From an uncultured delta proteobacterium (GTDB taxonomy: Bacteria; Desulfobacterota; WTBG01; CAIYCZ01): 63,259 nucleotides of DNA. Numbering within the stretch: position 1 is the first letter of the stretch; each line of letters begins with the position of its first letter. The notes beneath the pieces were generated by a model. It did not search any database, had not been told where the DNA came from, and was given only the letters and a program-made list of their open reading frames with translations. Of the stretch, positions 1 to 9,858 are shown in pieces. A program made the translations under genes and the position numbers. Where the stretch lies: NCBI GenBank assembly GCA_963803975.1, contig CAWDOY010000040.1, positions 1 through 63,259 on the forward strand, given 5' to 3'.

Positions 1-3
1 CAT

Positions 4-883
4 GTGAAGGACATTTCCGTACTGTACGCGGGGCGGCGCATCGCAGAGCATGTTCCGGAAGACCTGATCGACCGGATGTACGCAGAGCCCTACCAGATCG
101 AGGCGGCGGTGCTTCCGCTGGCTGCACCGCTCATTCCCAATGAATACCTGATCATGCGCAATGACAAGAAGTCGGCTCTTGCGACCTATGATCCGCTCGG
201 AAAGGCCATCAGGCGCATTGATAAGGCCTCAGCCTATGGCATAACCCCGCGTAATGCCGAGCAGATATTCGCCCTGAATGCCCTGTTGAATCCTGACATC
301 CGCCTGGTCACTATTTCCCGGCAAGGCCGGCACGGGAAAGACGCTGCTGGCACTTGCCGCGGCACTGGAGAAGCGCAAATACTACCGCCAGATTTTATGT
401 CGCCCCGCAGCCATCGTTCCCCTGAGCAACAAGGACCTGGGATATCTGCCGGGCGATATCCAGGCCAAGCTTGACCCCTACGTGCAGCCGCTGTTTGACA
501 ACCTCGGCGTCATTCAGGACCAGTTCCAGGAAACCGATGCCAACCACCGCCGCATCAGGGAATTGCGTGAAGAAGGCAAGCTGGTGATTGCACCGCTGTC
601 CTACATCCGCGGCCGCAGCCTGGTGAAGATTTATTTTATCGTTGACGAAGCGCAGAACCTGACACCCCATGAAGTCAAGACTATTATCACTCGCGCCGGC
701 GAAGGCACCAAGGTGGTCTTAACCGGGGATATTTTCCAGATCGATCATCCCTATCTGAACAGCTATTCTAATGGCCTGAGCTATCTCATAGACAAGATGC
801 AGGGGCAGAACCTGTATGCCCATGTCAACCTTGAAAAAGGCGAGCGCTCAGAGCTTGCAGACCTTGCGAGCACTATCCTGTAA
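4..883 (+). CDS. PhoH-family ATPase (PIN-PhoH/YlaK type), 5'-partial, frameshift near 320
   Basis: PRNAEQ..ALNALL, Walker A (GKAGTGKT, shifted frame), [28 protein letters not shown] and ERSELA motifs across ORFs 4..474 and 482..883. Confidence 0.9.
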
Positions 884-927
884 GCCTGCCTATGCATGAT
901 GCAGCCACCCACCGCCCCGCTCAACCG

Positions 928-2175
928 ATGAAGCCTCCCCGGATGCCCCGGCGCCTGAACCTGGTGCTTCTTTTTCACCTGCAATCTCATCTGCTATATG
1001 GACCGGATCAACATCGCCGTCACTGCTCCGGTAATCATGAAAGAGCTGGGCTGGAACGAGGCAGCGCTGGGCATTATCCTCTCCTCATTTTTCTGGGGCT
1101 ATACCCTGCTGCAGATACCGGGCGGATGGCTGGCAGACCGCTACGGCGGAAAAAGGGTTTTAAGCATCGGGGTGCTGTGGTGGTCGTTTTTTACCCTGAT
1201 AACCCCGCTGGCGCGTACTGCCGGCGCGATGGCAATAATGCGCTCTCTGATGGGACTGGGCGAAGGGGTCAACTTTCCCTCCATTCAAAGCCTTGCTTCA
1301 AAGTGGATTCCGGTTGGCGAGCGGTCCCGGGTATCGGGCTTTATCCTGTCCGGCATTTCCGTGGGAAATATTACTTGCCTTTCCTCTGGCCACCTGGATC
1401 ATGACCGCTCTGGGCTGGCACTATGTTTTTTATATTTTCGGCCTGTTCGGCTTTTTCTGGTTTATCTTCTGGTACCGGTGCGCGGCGGAACGGCCCGACG
1501 CGTCCATAGATCCGCAGGAGCTTGCCTATATCACCGCAAACAGGCCGGAGCTTCCCGCCGGTGGAAAAAATTCCGTGGTCGCTGCTGCTTTCAAAGCTCC
1601 CGGTGTGGGCACTGGTGGTCAATCACTTTTGCGGGAGCTGGGGATTTTTTATGTTCCTGACCTGGCTCCCCACGTATCTGGTCAAGGCCCACGGCTTCTC
1701 CATTAAGGAGATGGGGCTCTACTCGATGCTGCCGTATCTGGTCATGGTGATTGGCAGCAACGGGGCAGGGTGGCTGGCGGATTACTGTATTAAAAAGAGC
1801 GGCAACATAACGCTTACGAGAAAAATTATTCATACCATCAGCCTGACCGGGGGCAGCATCGCGCTGATCTATCTGGCCGGTGCTGAAACAAAGACCGCCG
1901 TCATCACCCCTTCCTGCGCTCTGGGCTTTCTTTCCATGACCGGCAGCACCACCGGGCCCAATGCCATGGACATCGGCCCCCGCTATGCAGGCATCATCAT
2001 GGGCATGCAGACAACCGCCGGAAATATTGCTGGCATTGTCGTGCCGGTGGTGGTAGGTTTTATTGTATCAGCATACAACCGCTGGGACCTCATCTTCTAT
2101 ATTGCGGCCGGCGTGCTGATGTTTGGCGCTCTCGTTTGGGACCTGTTTGCAACCGGAGAACAGGTGCTGGATTAA
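928..2175 (+). CDS. MFS transporter, anion:cation symporter (ACS) family; split by frameshifts
   Basis: YMDRINI, SSFFWGY..QIPGGWLADRYGGKRV, GLGEGVNFP and FLTWLPTYL motifs across ORFs 892/998/1293/1522. Confidence 0.88.
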
Positions 2176-2288
2176 AATCAGCTCGGGGGTTAGGGGTTCG
2201 GGACTCGGGCGATACGGTGAAAAGTGAAAGGCTGAAAGCTGAGAGCTGACAGCTTCAACGCTTTCAGCCAGGAACAGGGAGGTGACGT

Positions 2289-2689
2289 ATGAAGCAAAGA
2301 GTATGTATCATTCTTGCCGCATGGCTGATCGCGGCTTTCGCGGGGTTGCTGGTGCCGGGTGTCCAGGCAGGCGATATCCCGCGCATTACCAAAGAGGAGC
2401 TGAAACAGAAGCTCTGCTGGCCGATATCCTTGATGCACGGGCTGCCGGGAGCTGGGGAAAAAGCAATCAAACGATTAAATGTTCAAAGCGGGTGGATCCG
2501 GACAACGTTGCCGCCTGGTCAGGCACGCTGCCAAAAAATAAGGAAATCGTTTTGTATTGCTCCTGAACAGCTGAGCACACCAGCGCCCGGGTGGCGCAGC
2601 TCTTGTCTAAAGGTTTCACCAAAGTGAAGGCCCTGAAAGGCGGCTGGAACGAGTGGGTGGAAAATAAATATCCGGTGGAGAATAAGTAG
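2289..2689 (+). CDS. Exported rhodanese-domain protein, probable selenoprotein (in-frame TGA 2564-2566); frameshift near 2415-2430
   Basis: Signal peptide; RITKEELK...LDARAAGSW...IVLYCS-TGA-TAEHTSARVAQLLSKGFTKVKALKGGWNEW..YPVENK*. The rhodanese fold continues in frame past the TGA. Confidence 0.82.
2574..2602 (+). promoter_or_regulatory. Putative bacterial SECIS hairpin
   Basis: GCGCC-cgggt-GGCGC stem-loop, extendable by GAGC/GCTC, starting ~15 nt after the in-frame TGA; the same 16-mer follows the TGA at 35647. Confidence 0.55.
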
Positions 2690-2786
2690 TATGAAGCTGT
2701 CAGCCGACAGCTGTTAGCTATCAGCTGCAATAATTTTTTCTCTGTGGTTCATTGTTGCTGCGCGTATTTCACATCAGGAGGGCGGA

Positions 2787-3523
2787 ATGGAAGAGAAGAC
2801 ACTGCCGATCAGGTTTAATGAGATTCTGAGGGACGAGATGGGGAAGGTTTTTGCGCTCAAGCCGCTGCCGCTTGATCCGGAGTTTGCTCTTAAATATCCC
2901 AGCGAAGAGGATAAAAGAGTCTGTCTCAAAAACGAGCTGCTGGCCTGCGACAAGACCTCCGGCATCCGCATCGGCGCCATGGATTTTGCCGGCTCCATGC
3001 TGGTGCACTTCGGCAGCGTGCAGCCGGGCAGTGATTATGATTTCCCGGTGTTTGGCTACACCTTTGCTTATTCCAGCAAATTTTTAATAGCTGTTCTTGA
3101 TCTGCACCCGGTTGCAAAAGACAGGGAATACACGGAGAAATATATTGCCCCGCTCCAGGCTATTTCTCAAAAATATGCCTGGATACCCAAGACAGAGGGC
3201 GGGCGCTCGGAAGTGCATGACTGGGCGAAAAAATATGACTCAGGCTGCGCCCTCTACCGCTGGTGCGACCCGCAGTATGTGCCGAACGTGGAAGAGGCAT
3301 TCCGGGATTACCTCCGGGCTTTTTGCCAGTGCATTAAAAAGGCGGAGCCGCTCACCGATCCGTCGCTGCGCCAAAAAGCGCGACCAGTATCTGGAGGACT
3401 ATCGTTCTGACTATATAACCTATGATCCCGGCAGCGCCCCGCTGCAGCATCATTTCGGCGAGGAATGGGGCGAGCGGTATCTGAAGGAGGAATTTTTTGT
3501 TCGCCGGGGAACAACGCAAATAG
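2787..3523 (+). CDS. Ferredoxin-dependent bilin reductase (FDBR/RCCR)-like protein; frameshifts near the 3' end
   Basis: YDFPVFGY, VLDLHPV, EAFRDYL, and YDPGSAPLQHHFGEEWGERYLKEFLF, which matches the PebA/PebB/HY2-type C-terminal signature. Confidence 0.72.
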
Positions 3524-3610
3524 TTAATAAATTCACTTGATATAATTTTGCAGGACTTGCAGCAGCTAAATTTTGTTGCAAGTCCTTTTTTATTAGTGGA
3601 TAACATTACT

Positions 3611-4063
3611 ATGTTCAGCGATAATCACAGATATATCAAAATATTTCTGCTCATCATTATTCTTGTGCAGTTCTGTGCTTGTACAGCTACCGGGAAAGCA
3701 AAAGAATATATATAGACCTTGAAATGTGCCTTGCCAATGCTGGACAGTTTGACGGGAGGGAAATCGTCCTGGAGGATTACGTTTAGTGAGCAGCGTCTCC
3801 AAAGACCGGTTTGCGATTGAGCAGGAGGGCAGCAGGATACCGGTCATGGGCGCACCCGAGGAGCTTGCGCCCGGTGACGGAATCAGCGATCCGGGCAATC
3901 TTTCACCGGGAGGGGTACATGATACTCCAGGAACTGCACGTCAAAAAATTGCGGAACATTAAGATTATTATATCCATTGCAGCTGCGCTGTTTGTTATCT
4001 GGCTGTTTTTCTCACGATACCGGTTTCACTCTCAAGGTTTTTCAGTTTGTGGAGCGCACCTGA
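3611..4063 (+). CDS. Hypothetical membrane protein with OB-fold-like domain; multiple frameshifts (intact copy at 61883-62332)
   Basis: Homology to the intact ORF in the right arm. Confidence 0.6.
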
Positions 4064-4517
4064 TGCCGGACTTGATTACGCACCTGTCCATCAGTTATTT
4101 TCTCAATAAGCCGTTTAAAATCTTCAGATACAGCACGCTTTTTATTGCGGAGCAGTGCTGCCGGATATTGCTACCCGGGCGGTATCTATACCATATCGTT
4201 CTGCTGAGTTTGCCGTGTATCCGCTGCATACGCCCTTGGGAATAGTGCTGCTGTGCCTGCTGCTTAGCTTTTTCTTTGCGGAAGCTGAGAGAAAACAGGT
4301 GTTCGTAAGCCTTATTGCCGGCTCGTCACTGCATCTTTTTCTTGACCTGTTTCAGAAGCATCTGCAGCCGGGCTACACCCTGCTGTTTCCCTTTTCCTGG
4401 AGAGCCTTTGAATTCGGCCTCCTCTGGCCGGAAACCATAGTAAGCATGGTACCGCTATGGCTTGTTATTAGGGGTGCAATTGAATTTCTTTCCAGGCTGA
4501 ATAAAGAAAAGTTCTGA
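4063..4517 (+). CDS. Membrane-bound metal-dependent hydrolase (YdjM-like); frameshift near 4140
   Basis: ITHL, GAVLPD, LHT and SLHLFLD motifs; intact in the right arm. Confidence 0.75.
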
Positions 4518-4658
4518 GTAACGAGTGCTGAGTGAAAGATTAGTGGCTCGGGACTAGGGATTCGTGGTTGGGGAAAAGGCAACCCGCCTTCGCCATCCTC
4601 TTCGGGGAAAGCGCGAAGGGTAAAAAGTACGGCGCGGCATGAAAAGGAGGACAGCATA

Positions 4659-5159
4659 ATGGATGCAATTCTTACCCGACGAAGTATTCGCCACTATACA
4701 GCTCAGCCGGTAGCGGAGGAGCTGATTACCGGTTTTCTCAAGGCGGCCATGGCAGCCCCATCAGCAGGAAACGAGCAGCCGTGGGAGTTTGTTGTGCTCA
4801 CCGAGCGAACAATTCTTGACCGCATCCCATCATTCCACCCCTACGCCGCAATGCTCAAGGAAGCTCCTGCAGCAATTCTTGTCTGCGGTGATTTGGCGCG
4901 CGAAAAGCATGAAGGATACTGGGTCCAGGACTGTTCGGCGGCCACGGAAAACATTTTAATCGCCGTGAATGAGAAAGGGCTGGGAGCAGTATGGCTGGGA
5001 ATATATCCCCGGGAGGAGCGGGTGCGGGGTTTGCGGCAGCTTCTCAGTATCCCGGAAACCATTGTGCCGTTTGCCCTGGTTGCAATCGGCTATCCCGCGG
5101 AAAAGAAAGAGCCTGCTGACCGGTTTGATGCTTCACGCCTGCACTATAATTCCTGGTGA
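4659..5159 (+). CDS. Nitroreductase family protein
   Basis: RRSIR.Y, APSAGNEQPWEF, GLGAVWLG; AAGGAGG RBS. Confidence 0.93.
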   Translation: MDAILTRRSIRHYTAQPVAEELITGFLKAAMAAPSAGNEQPWEFVVLTERTILDRIPSFHPYAAMLKEAPAAILVCGDLAREKHEGYWVQDCSAATENILIAVNEKGLGAVWLGIYPREERVRGLRQLLSIPETIVPFALVAIGYPAEKKEPADRFDASRLHYNSW

Positions 5160-5464
5160 CCGGAGCACACATTAATCAAGACTCCCTCTCAATTTTTATT
5201 TACTGTCGATATTGAACGCATGGGGTTAATAGCACGTGACCAGTGACTCGTGACACGGGACTCGAAAAAAGTGCTGAATGTAAAAAAGCGGGAATGGAAA
5301 ATCCATAACCCGGAAAACAGTGATATTTTCAATTTTCACCTTCCTGCCTCTTCACCTTTTTACCTCTTAACCTATTCACCATTTTCCTGTAATCATGCTG
5401 TTTGCCGGTTTTTGATGCGTAACTTTGAGAGAACCTTCATATATTAATCCCATATATTAATGGC

Positions 5465-5493
5465 TTGACTAAGATTCTGATACATTATAACAT
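5465..5493 (+). promoter_or_regulatory. Putative sigma70 promoter of tRNA-Arg
   Basis: TTGACT-17 nt-TAACAT, 10 nt upstream of the tRNA. Confidence 0.55.
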
Positions 5494-5503
5494 TGTAACA
5501 AGT

Positions 5504-5580
<77 letters not shown>

Positions 5581-5689
5581 TTTTTTTATAATGCGGCCCT
5601 CAATCTCGTGGCACGCTTGCGACATCACTAGGCGCATCCCCTGACGAGAGAGGGAACATTGAGCGCAATTACTCGCAAAAGGTAATGAG

Positions 5690-6445
5690 GTGCTGATCGG
5701 CGGGCGGGCGCACACGGTTGCAGAGGCTGAGTTCATAGCGCAGGCAGGGTTTCCCTTTGCGGAGATAAGCATCCGCACCCCTCAGGAATTAAAACGAGAG
5801 ATGGCTTCATTCAGGCGCCTGCAGGACCGGTTCGGGATCTTCTATGTGGCGCACGGGCCTGAGGAACTAAACACCTGGGAGCCGGAAAAGCTCCGGGCAG
5901 ACTTTCTGCCGCTGATCAGGTCGCTTCTTGACTGCGCGGCAGAGCTTGCAATTACGGTGTTCACCCTGCACTTCTGGCTTGACCGGCGCTTTGTTGCTGA
6001 TGACATCGCGTCAGAGAAGATAGAAATTTTAAAAGCCATGACGAGCCATGCTGACAAGTGCGGCATCAAGCTCTGCATAGAAAATCTGAGTGAGCAGGTT
6101 TCAGACTTTTCCCCGGTCTTTGCCGCAATTGAAGGACTGGGGATGACCCTTGATGTCGGCCACGGTGAGCTTCTGACAGCACGAAACACTGCGTATGAAT
6201 TTGCCGCCGGCTGGCTCCAGCGCATCTGGCATGTCCACCTGCATGATAACCGCGGCGGAGACACGGTTGAGGATGACCTCCATCTCCCCCTGGGAGAGGG
6301 TGTCATAGATTTTGCTGCTATACTTGGCTGCCTCAGGAAGCAGGGTTATGGCCGCACCATGACCCTTGAAATAGCGCCTGCAGCTCTCAAGAGCGGGAAA
6401 AACATAATTGAGCAGATCTGGCAGAAAGAGGCGCCGGCTGCTTAA
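5690..6445 (+). CDS. Sugar phosphate isomerase/epimerase (xylose isomerase-like TIM barrel)
   Basis: IENL, TLDVGH, HVHLHDN..DLHLPLGEGVIDF, TLE metal-binding motifs. Confidence 0.88.
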   Translation: MLIGGRAHTVAEAEFIAQAGFPFAEISIRTPQELKREMASFRRLQDRFGIFYVAHGPEELNTWEPEKLRADFLPLIRSLLDCAAELAITVFTLHFWLDRRFVADDIASEKIEILKAMTSHADKCGIKLCIENLSEQVSDFSPVFAAIEGLGMTLDVGHGELLTARNTAYEFAAGWLQRIWHVHLHDNRGGDTVEDDLHLPLGEGVIDFAAILGCLRKQGYGRTMTLEIAPAALKSGKNIIEQIWQKEAPAA

Positions 6446-6457
6446 GGAATCAACCCT

Positions 6458-6781
6458 ATGAAAGAATCGGAAATTTTACAGCACCTGGAAGAGATCGCGG
6501 AAAAGCTTGCTGTCAAGGTTCAGCAGGTGAACCTGCGGAAGGACTATTACAACTTAAAGAGCGGGCTGTGCAAAGTAAAGGGTGAACACCGGATTATTGT
6601 TGATAAACATCTCAACCTGTCTGAAAAGATAGATGTGCTCATCGACGCTCTTGGTGAATTTGATATTGAAGGTCTCTATATTAATCCCTATGTGCGCAGG
6701 CTGTTTGAAAAGCGCAGTGCTGCAGGCAGCGTTCCTCTCCTGATAGAGAGCGGCCCTGCAGATACCCACCCCTCCCCGTAA
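6458..6781 (+). CDS. Conserved hypothetical protein
   Basis: 107-aa ORF with RBS, directly after the TIM-barrel gene; conserved in both arms. Confidence 0.75.
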   Translation: MKESEILQHLEEIAEKLAVKVQQVNLRKDYYNLKSGLCKVKGEHRIIVDKHLNLSEKIDVLIDALGEFDIEGLYINPYVRRLFEKRSAAGSVPLLIESGPADTHPSP

Positions 6782-6887
6782 TTTTGACCTGCCCCGACCC
6801 TGTAACGCGCGTCATAGTGAATCGTAATCGTTCTCAGGTACTACACTATGCAGGCATCTACGAGTACATCCAGTCCGGAGGTTATGT

Positions 6888-8273
6888 ATGACGAAGGGAT
6901 TGCTTGAGCGGATGTTTAAACTGAGCGAGCGCAACACCACGGTCCGCACCGAGATCCTCGGCGGCGCAACCACGTTTGTTACCATGGCCTACATCATCAT
7001 TGTCAACCCCGCGATATTGAGCTTTGCCGGTATTCCCCACGGGCCGGGCACGGTTGCGACCATACTGGCTGCGGTGTTCGGCTCGCTCGTCATGGGGCTG
7101 TATGCCAACCGGCCGATTGCCGTGGCGCCGTACATGGGAGAAAACGCCTTTATCGCCTTCGGCTTGGCGCCCATGGGCATTGGCTGGCCGCAGCTGTTTG
7201 GCGCGGTCTTTGTGAGCGGCTGCGGTTTTTTTGTCATAACGCTGCTGCGCATCCGCTCCTGGCTGGCGAACTCCATTTCTGCGAGCATGAAGCACAGCTT
7301 TGCGGTCGGCATCGGGCTGTTCCTGGCGTTCATCGGCCTCTATGAAACCGGCATTGTGACCAGCTTTGTCACCGGCATGTCGCCGCAGGCGCTGCTCTAC
7401 CCGAACGCTACCGTGCTGCATGCCCCTGATGTGCCGGTCAAGATCGGCAACTTAAAAAGCCCCGAAGTGCTGCTGGCTTTGTTCGGATTCTTTCTTATCA
7501 GCATGCTGCTCTATCACCGGGTGCGGGGCGGGATACTGCTGGGCATTGCCCTCACCGCGCTGCTGGGATACATGGTAGGGCTGGGGCGGCCGCCGCGGGC
7601 TCTGATGGCGATGCCGTTTACCGGAGACTATAACCTGGCAGCAATCGCCTTCAAGCTGGATATTCCCGGCGTCTTCAAACTCAGCTTTCTTCCTGTGCTG
7701 CTCACCCTTTTTTTAATGGGCTTTCTGGACACCCTCGGCACGCTCGTTGGCGTGGGGGCGGCCGGCAACATGGTTGATGACAAGGGAAATTTTCCGCAGA
7801 TTGAGCGGCCGATGCTGGCGGACGCGCTCTCCTGCATGTTCAGCGGGGTGATCGGTACATCAACCAGCGGCGCCTATATTGAATCTGCCACCGGCATCAG
7901 TGAGGGAGCGCGCACCGGCCTGGCGTCGGTGGTTACCGCGGCGCTGTTTGCCGTGTCGCTGTTTTTCATCCCGCTCATAGAGCCGCTGCAGTATCTGCGC
8001 TATGCCTATGGCCCGGCTTTGATTGCCGTCGGCGTGATGATGATCGGCACAATCACTAAAATTGATTTCAACGATCTGACGGAGCTGATCCCGGCCTTTG
8101 CCACCATCGTGATGATGGTGTTTACCTACAACATCGCCAACGGCCTCACCGCCGGGCTGGTCATATATCCGCTGCTCAAGGTGTTTGCCGGCAGGATAAA
8201 AGAATTGAACTGGGGGGGCGTAGTGCTGGCGCTTCTCTGCAGCGTTTATTATGTCTTTGGATTGCCCCATTAA
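6888..8273 (+). CDS. NCS2/AzgA-family nucleobase (guanine/hypoxanthine-like) permease
   Basis: TEILGGATTFVTMAYIIIVNP, APYMGENAF, YIESATGISEGARTGL. Confidence 0.93.
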   Translation: MTKGLLERMFKLSERNTTVRTEILGGATTFVTMAYIIIVNPAILSFAGIPHGPGTVATILAAVFGSLVMGLYANRPIAVAPYMGENAFIAFGLAPMGIGWPQLFGAVFVSGCGFFVITLLRIRSWLANSISASMKHSFAVGIGLFLAFIGLYETGIVTSFVTGMSPQALLYPNATVLHAPDVPVKIGNLKSPEVLLALFGFFLISMLLYHRVRGGILLGIALTALLGYMVGLGRPPRALMAMPFTGDYNLAAIAFKLDIPGVFKLSFLPVLLTLFLMGFLDTLGTLVGVGAAGNMVDDKGNFPQIERPMLADALSCMFSGVIGTSTSGAYIESATGISEGARTGLASVVTAALFAVSLFFIPLIEPLQYLRYAYGPALIAVGVMMIGTITKIDFNDLTELIPAFATIVMMVFTYNIANGLTAGLVIYPLLKVFAGRIKELNWGGVVLALLCSVYYVFGLPH

Positions 8274-8384
8274 AACAGCTGCTGCTTAAGGCTTCTGTTG
8301 TCCCTCGCGAGAATTCCCTGTTGACATGAACGAAGATTATGATGCACAATTAATCGGTGCACAGGGAACCGGCGTACCGGTGCT

Positions 8385-8717
8385 GTGGAATTTGCAACAG
8401 TGAAGAAACAAAACGCTATGTATTTCAGAAGAATAACGCATGTTATCACCGTCCTGTTTATTTTACTCTGCGCCTTGGTATGTCCTTTGCCGCAGGTGCT
8501 GTGTGAAGAGTGGCTCGACTACGACCTTGCGCACTGTATAAAGAAAAGACACTGTAAACATGAGTTCGGATTTTATTGCATCAGTTTTCTGCAGAAGATG
8601 TTTCACCAAATAATCTCCGGGACTGACTGCTTATTCAATTTCCCGCTCTTTACTCCGTTACGCACCATCCCGGCCCTGTGCTCTTCATCACAGTCTTCAA
8701 CGATTCTCCTGCTATAA
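8385..8717 (+). CDS. Small exported/membrane-anchored Cys/His-rich protein (leader-like; start may be 8418)
   Basis: N-terminal hydrophobic helix, HCxxxxHCKH, C-terminus SSTILLL; identical in both arms. Confidence 0.55.
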   Translation: MEFATVKKQNAMYFRRITHVITVLFILLCALVCPLPQVLCEEWLDYDLAHCIKKRHCKHEFGFYCISFLQKMFHQIISGTDCLFNFPLFTPLRTIPALCSSSQSSTILLL

Positions 8718-8857
8718 CATTTCCCCCGCAGCAGAGCATAGTTTTCAATAGGCAGCGCTGTACGCAGATCTATTTACTGCCTGGCATGTCCGATTTTTTA
8801 TTACAGCAGGACATTGCAGTGCAGCATTATGTGTGAACCTTTGTCGAGGAGGTCTCT

Positions 8858-9301
8858 ATGCTGGTTTCACGACTAACGCTTATGGTTATTGCAGCATGTA
8901 TCTGGTATGGGGGAGGGATAGCATTATTGTTTAAAGGCGGTTCACTGGTAAAGGGTGCTTATGCATTAGATTCCCAGTCTGTATGGATTTATGCGGCACC
9001 GGTGCTGGGAGTTGTCATTGGTTTTGTCAAAGCACGGTTCATCTTCAATCATGCCTGCAAGAAAAACATTGTCAGAATCAGGGCATTAGTAAATCCCCGC
9101 ATCTGGCAATGCTTCAGACCGGGAATGCTGATTTTTCTTGCTATCATTATCCCGACCGGGGCGTGGATGTCCCGGGCCGCAGCCGGTAATTTTACCTATT
9201 TGTGCTGTGTTGCCGCTCTTGATCTTTCTATCGCGACGGCCCTCCTGACCTCGAGCCTGCTCTTCTGGAAAATGAAAGCATTCTCAAGCGCTGACAGGTA
9301 A
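8858..9301 (+). CDS. Hypothetical 4-TM membrane protein
   Basis: GAGGAGG RBS, four hydrophobic segments; conserved in both arms. Confidence 0.8.
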   Translation: MLVSRLTLMVIAACIWYGGGIALLFKGGSLVKGAYALDSQSVWIYAAPVLGVVIGFVKARFIFNHACKKNIVRIRALVNPRIWQCFRPGMLIFLAIIIPTGAWMSRAAAGNFTYLCCVAALDLSIATALLTSSLLFWKMKAFSSADR

Positions 9302-9344
9302 TATTTTTTAGAGCTGTCCGGTACGAATAAACAGGATTTAATAC

Positions 9345-9557
9345 ATGACAAATCAAGAGCTAAACGAGTTGAAGAAGCTGGCGAAGTTTCTCTGGAACCA
9401 GGCCAACCTTCTGGAAAAGGCTGATACCAATCGACAGCAGATGGTTGACTTGGTTGATTATAGCAGTCGGAGAGCAAAGGCAGATGCCTACCGGCACACC
9501 AGTACCCTGCTGTCAATGAAACTGGAAATACTGCAGCGCAACGGGAACAAACAGTAA
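9345..9557 (+). CDS. Hypothetical 70-aa protein (left arm only)
   Basis: ORF with AGGA RBS inside the arm-specific segment 9290-9656. Confidence 0.5.
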   Translation: MTNQELNELKKLAKFLWNQANLLEKADTNRQQMVDLVDYSSRRAKADAYRHTSTLLSMKLEILQRNGNKQ

Positions 9558-9656
9558 GGGCTGCGCATAGCGAAGGAAAATACCGGCTGGGTCATGGTAA
9601 TTGAAAATCATTCCATGGCTGCACGGTACAGGCAGCGCCAATGCTTTTCTTCTGAA

Positions 9657-9686
9657 ATTTACACTTTCTTAACACTTTTTACAAAC
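9657..9686 (+). promoter_or_regulatory. Tandem ~11-bp-period direct repeats, OmpR/PhoB-family regulator-type site
   Basis: TTTACAC-tttc-TTAACAC-ttt-TTACAAAC; retained in the right arm (56514-56543). Confidence 0.45.
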
Positions 9687-9729
9687 TTCCCTCACATTTC
9701 CCATCCATACTGTAGACGTCCCCAAGATA

Positions 9730-9795
9730 GAACCACAGAGTTCACGGGGAATTTCCCTGAGAACCCCTCCCAAGGCCCTGTGCACTCTGTGGTTC
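9730..9795. repeat. Palindromic intergenic element
   Basis: GAACCACAGAG ... CTCTGTGGTTC inverted termini; related partial motifs at ~2741 and ~37865. Confidence 0.55.
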
Positions 9796-9858
9796 ACACT
9801 ATTCGAAAAAATTGCTGCTGGGCTTGCTGTGGCAGTTAATTAAAAAAAAGGTAACCTG

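Noticed and set aside
5609..5625. Sigma54 promoter TGGCACGCTTGC after the tRNA
   Set aside because: GG-to-GC spacing is 7 nt rather than the required 10
6782..6887. Purine riboswitch ahead of the NCS2 permease
   Set aside because: CTACGAG is present but the TATAAT/GATATGG/GTTTCTACC/CCGTAAA core is absent
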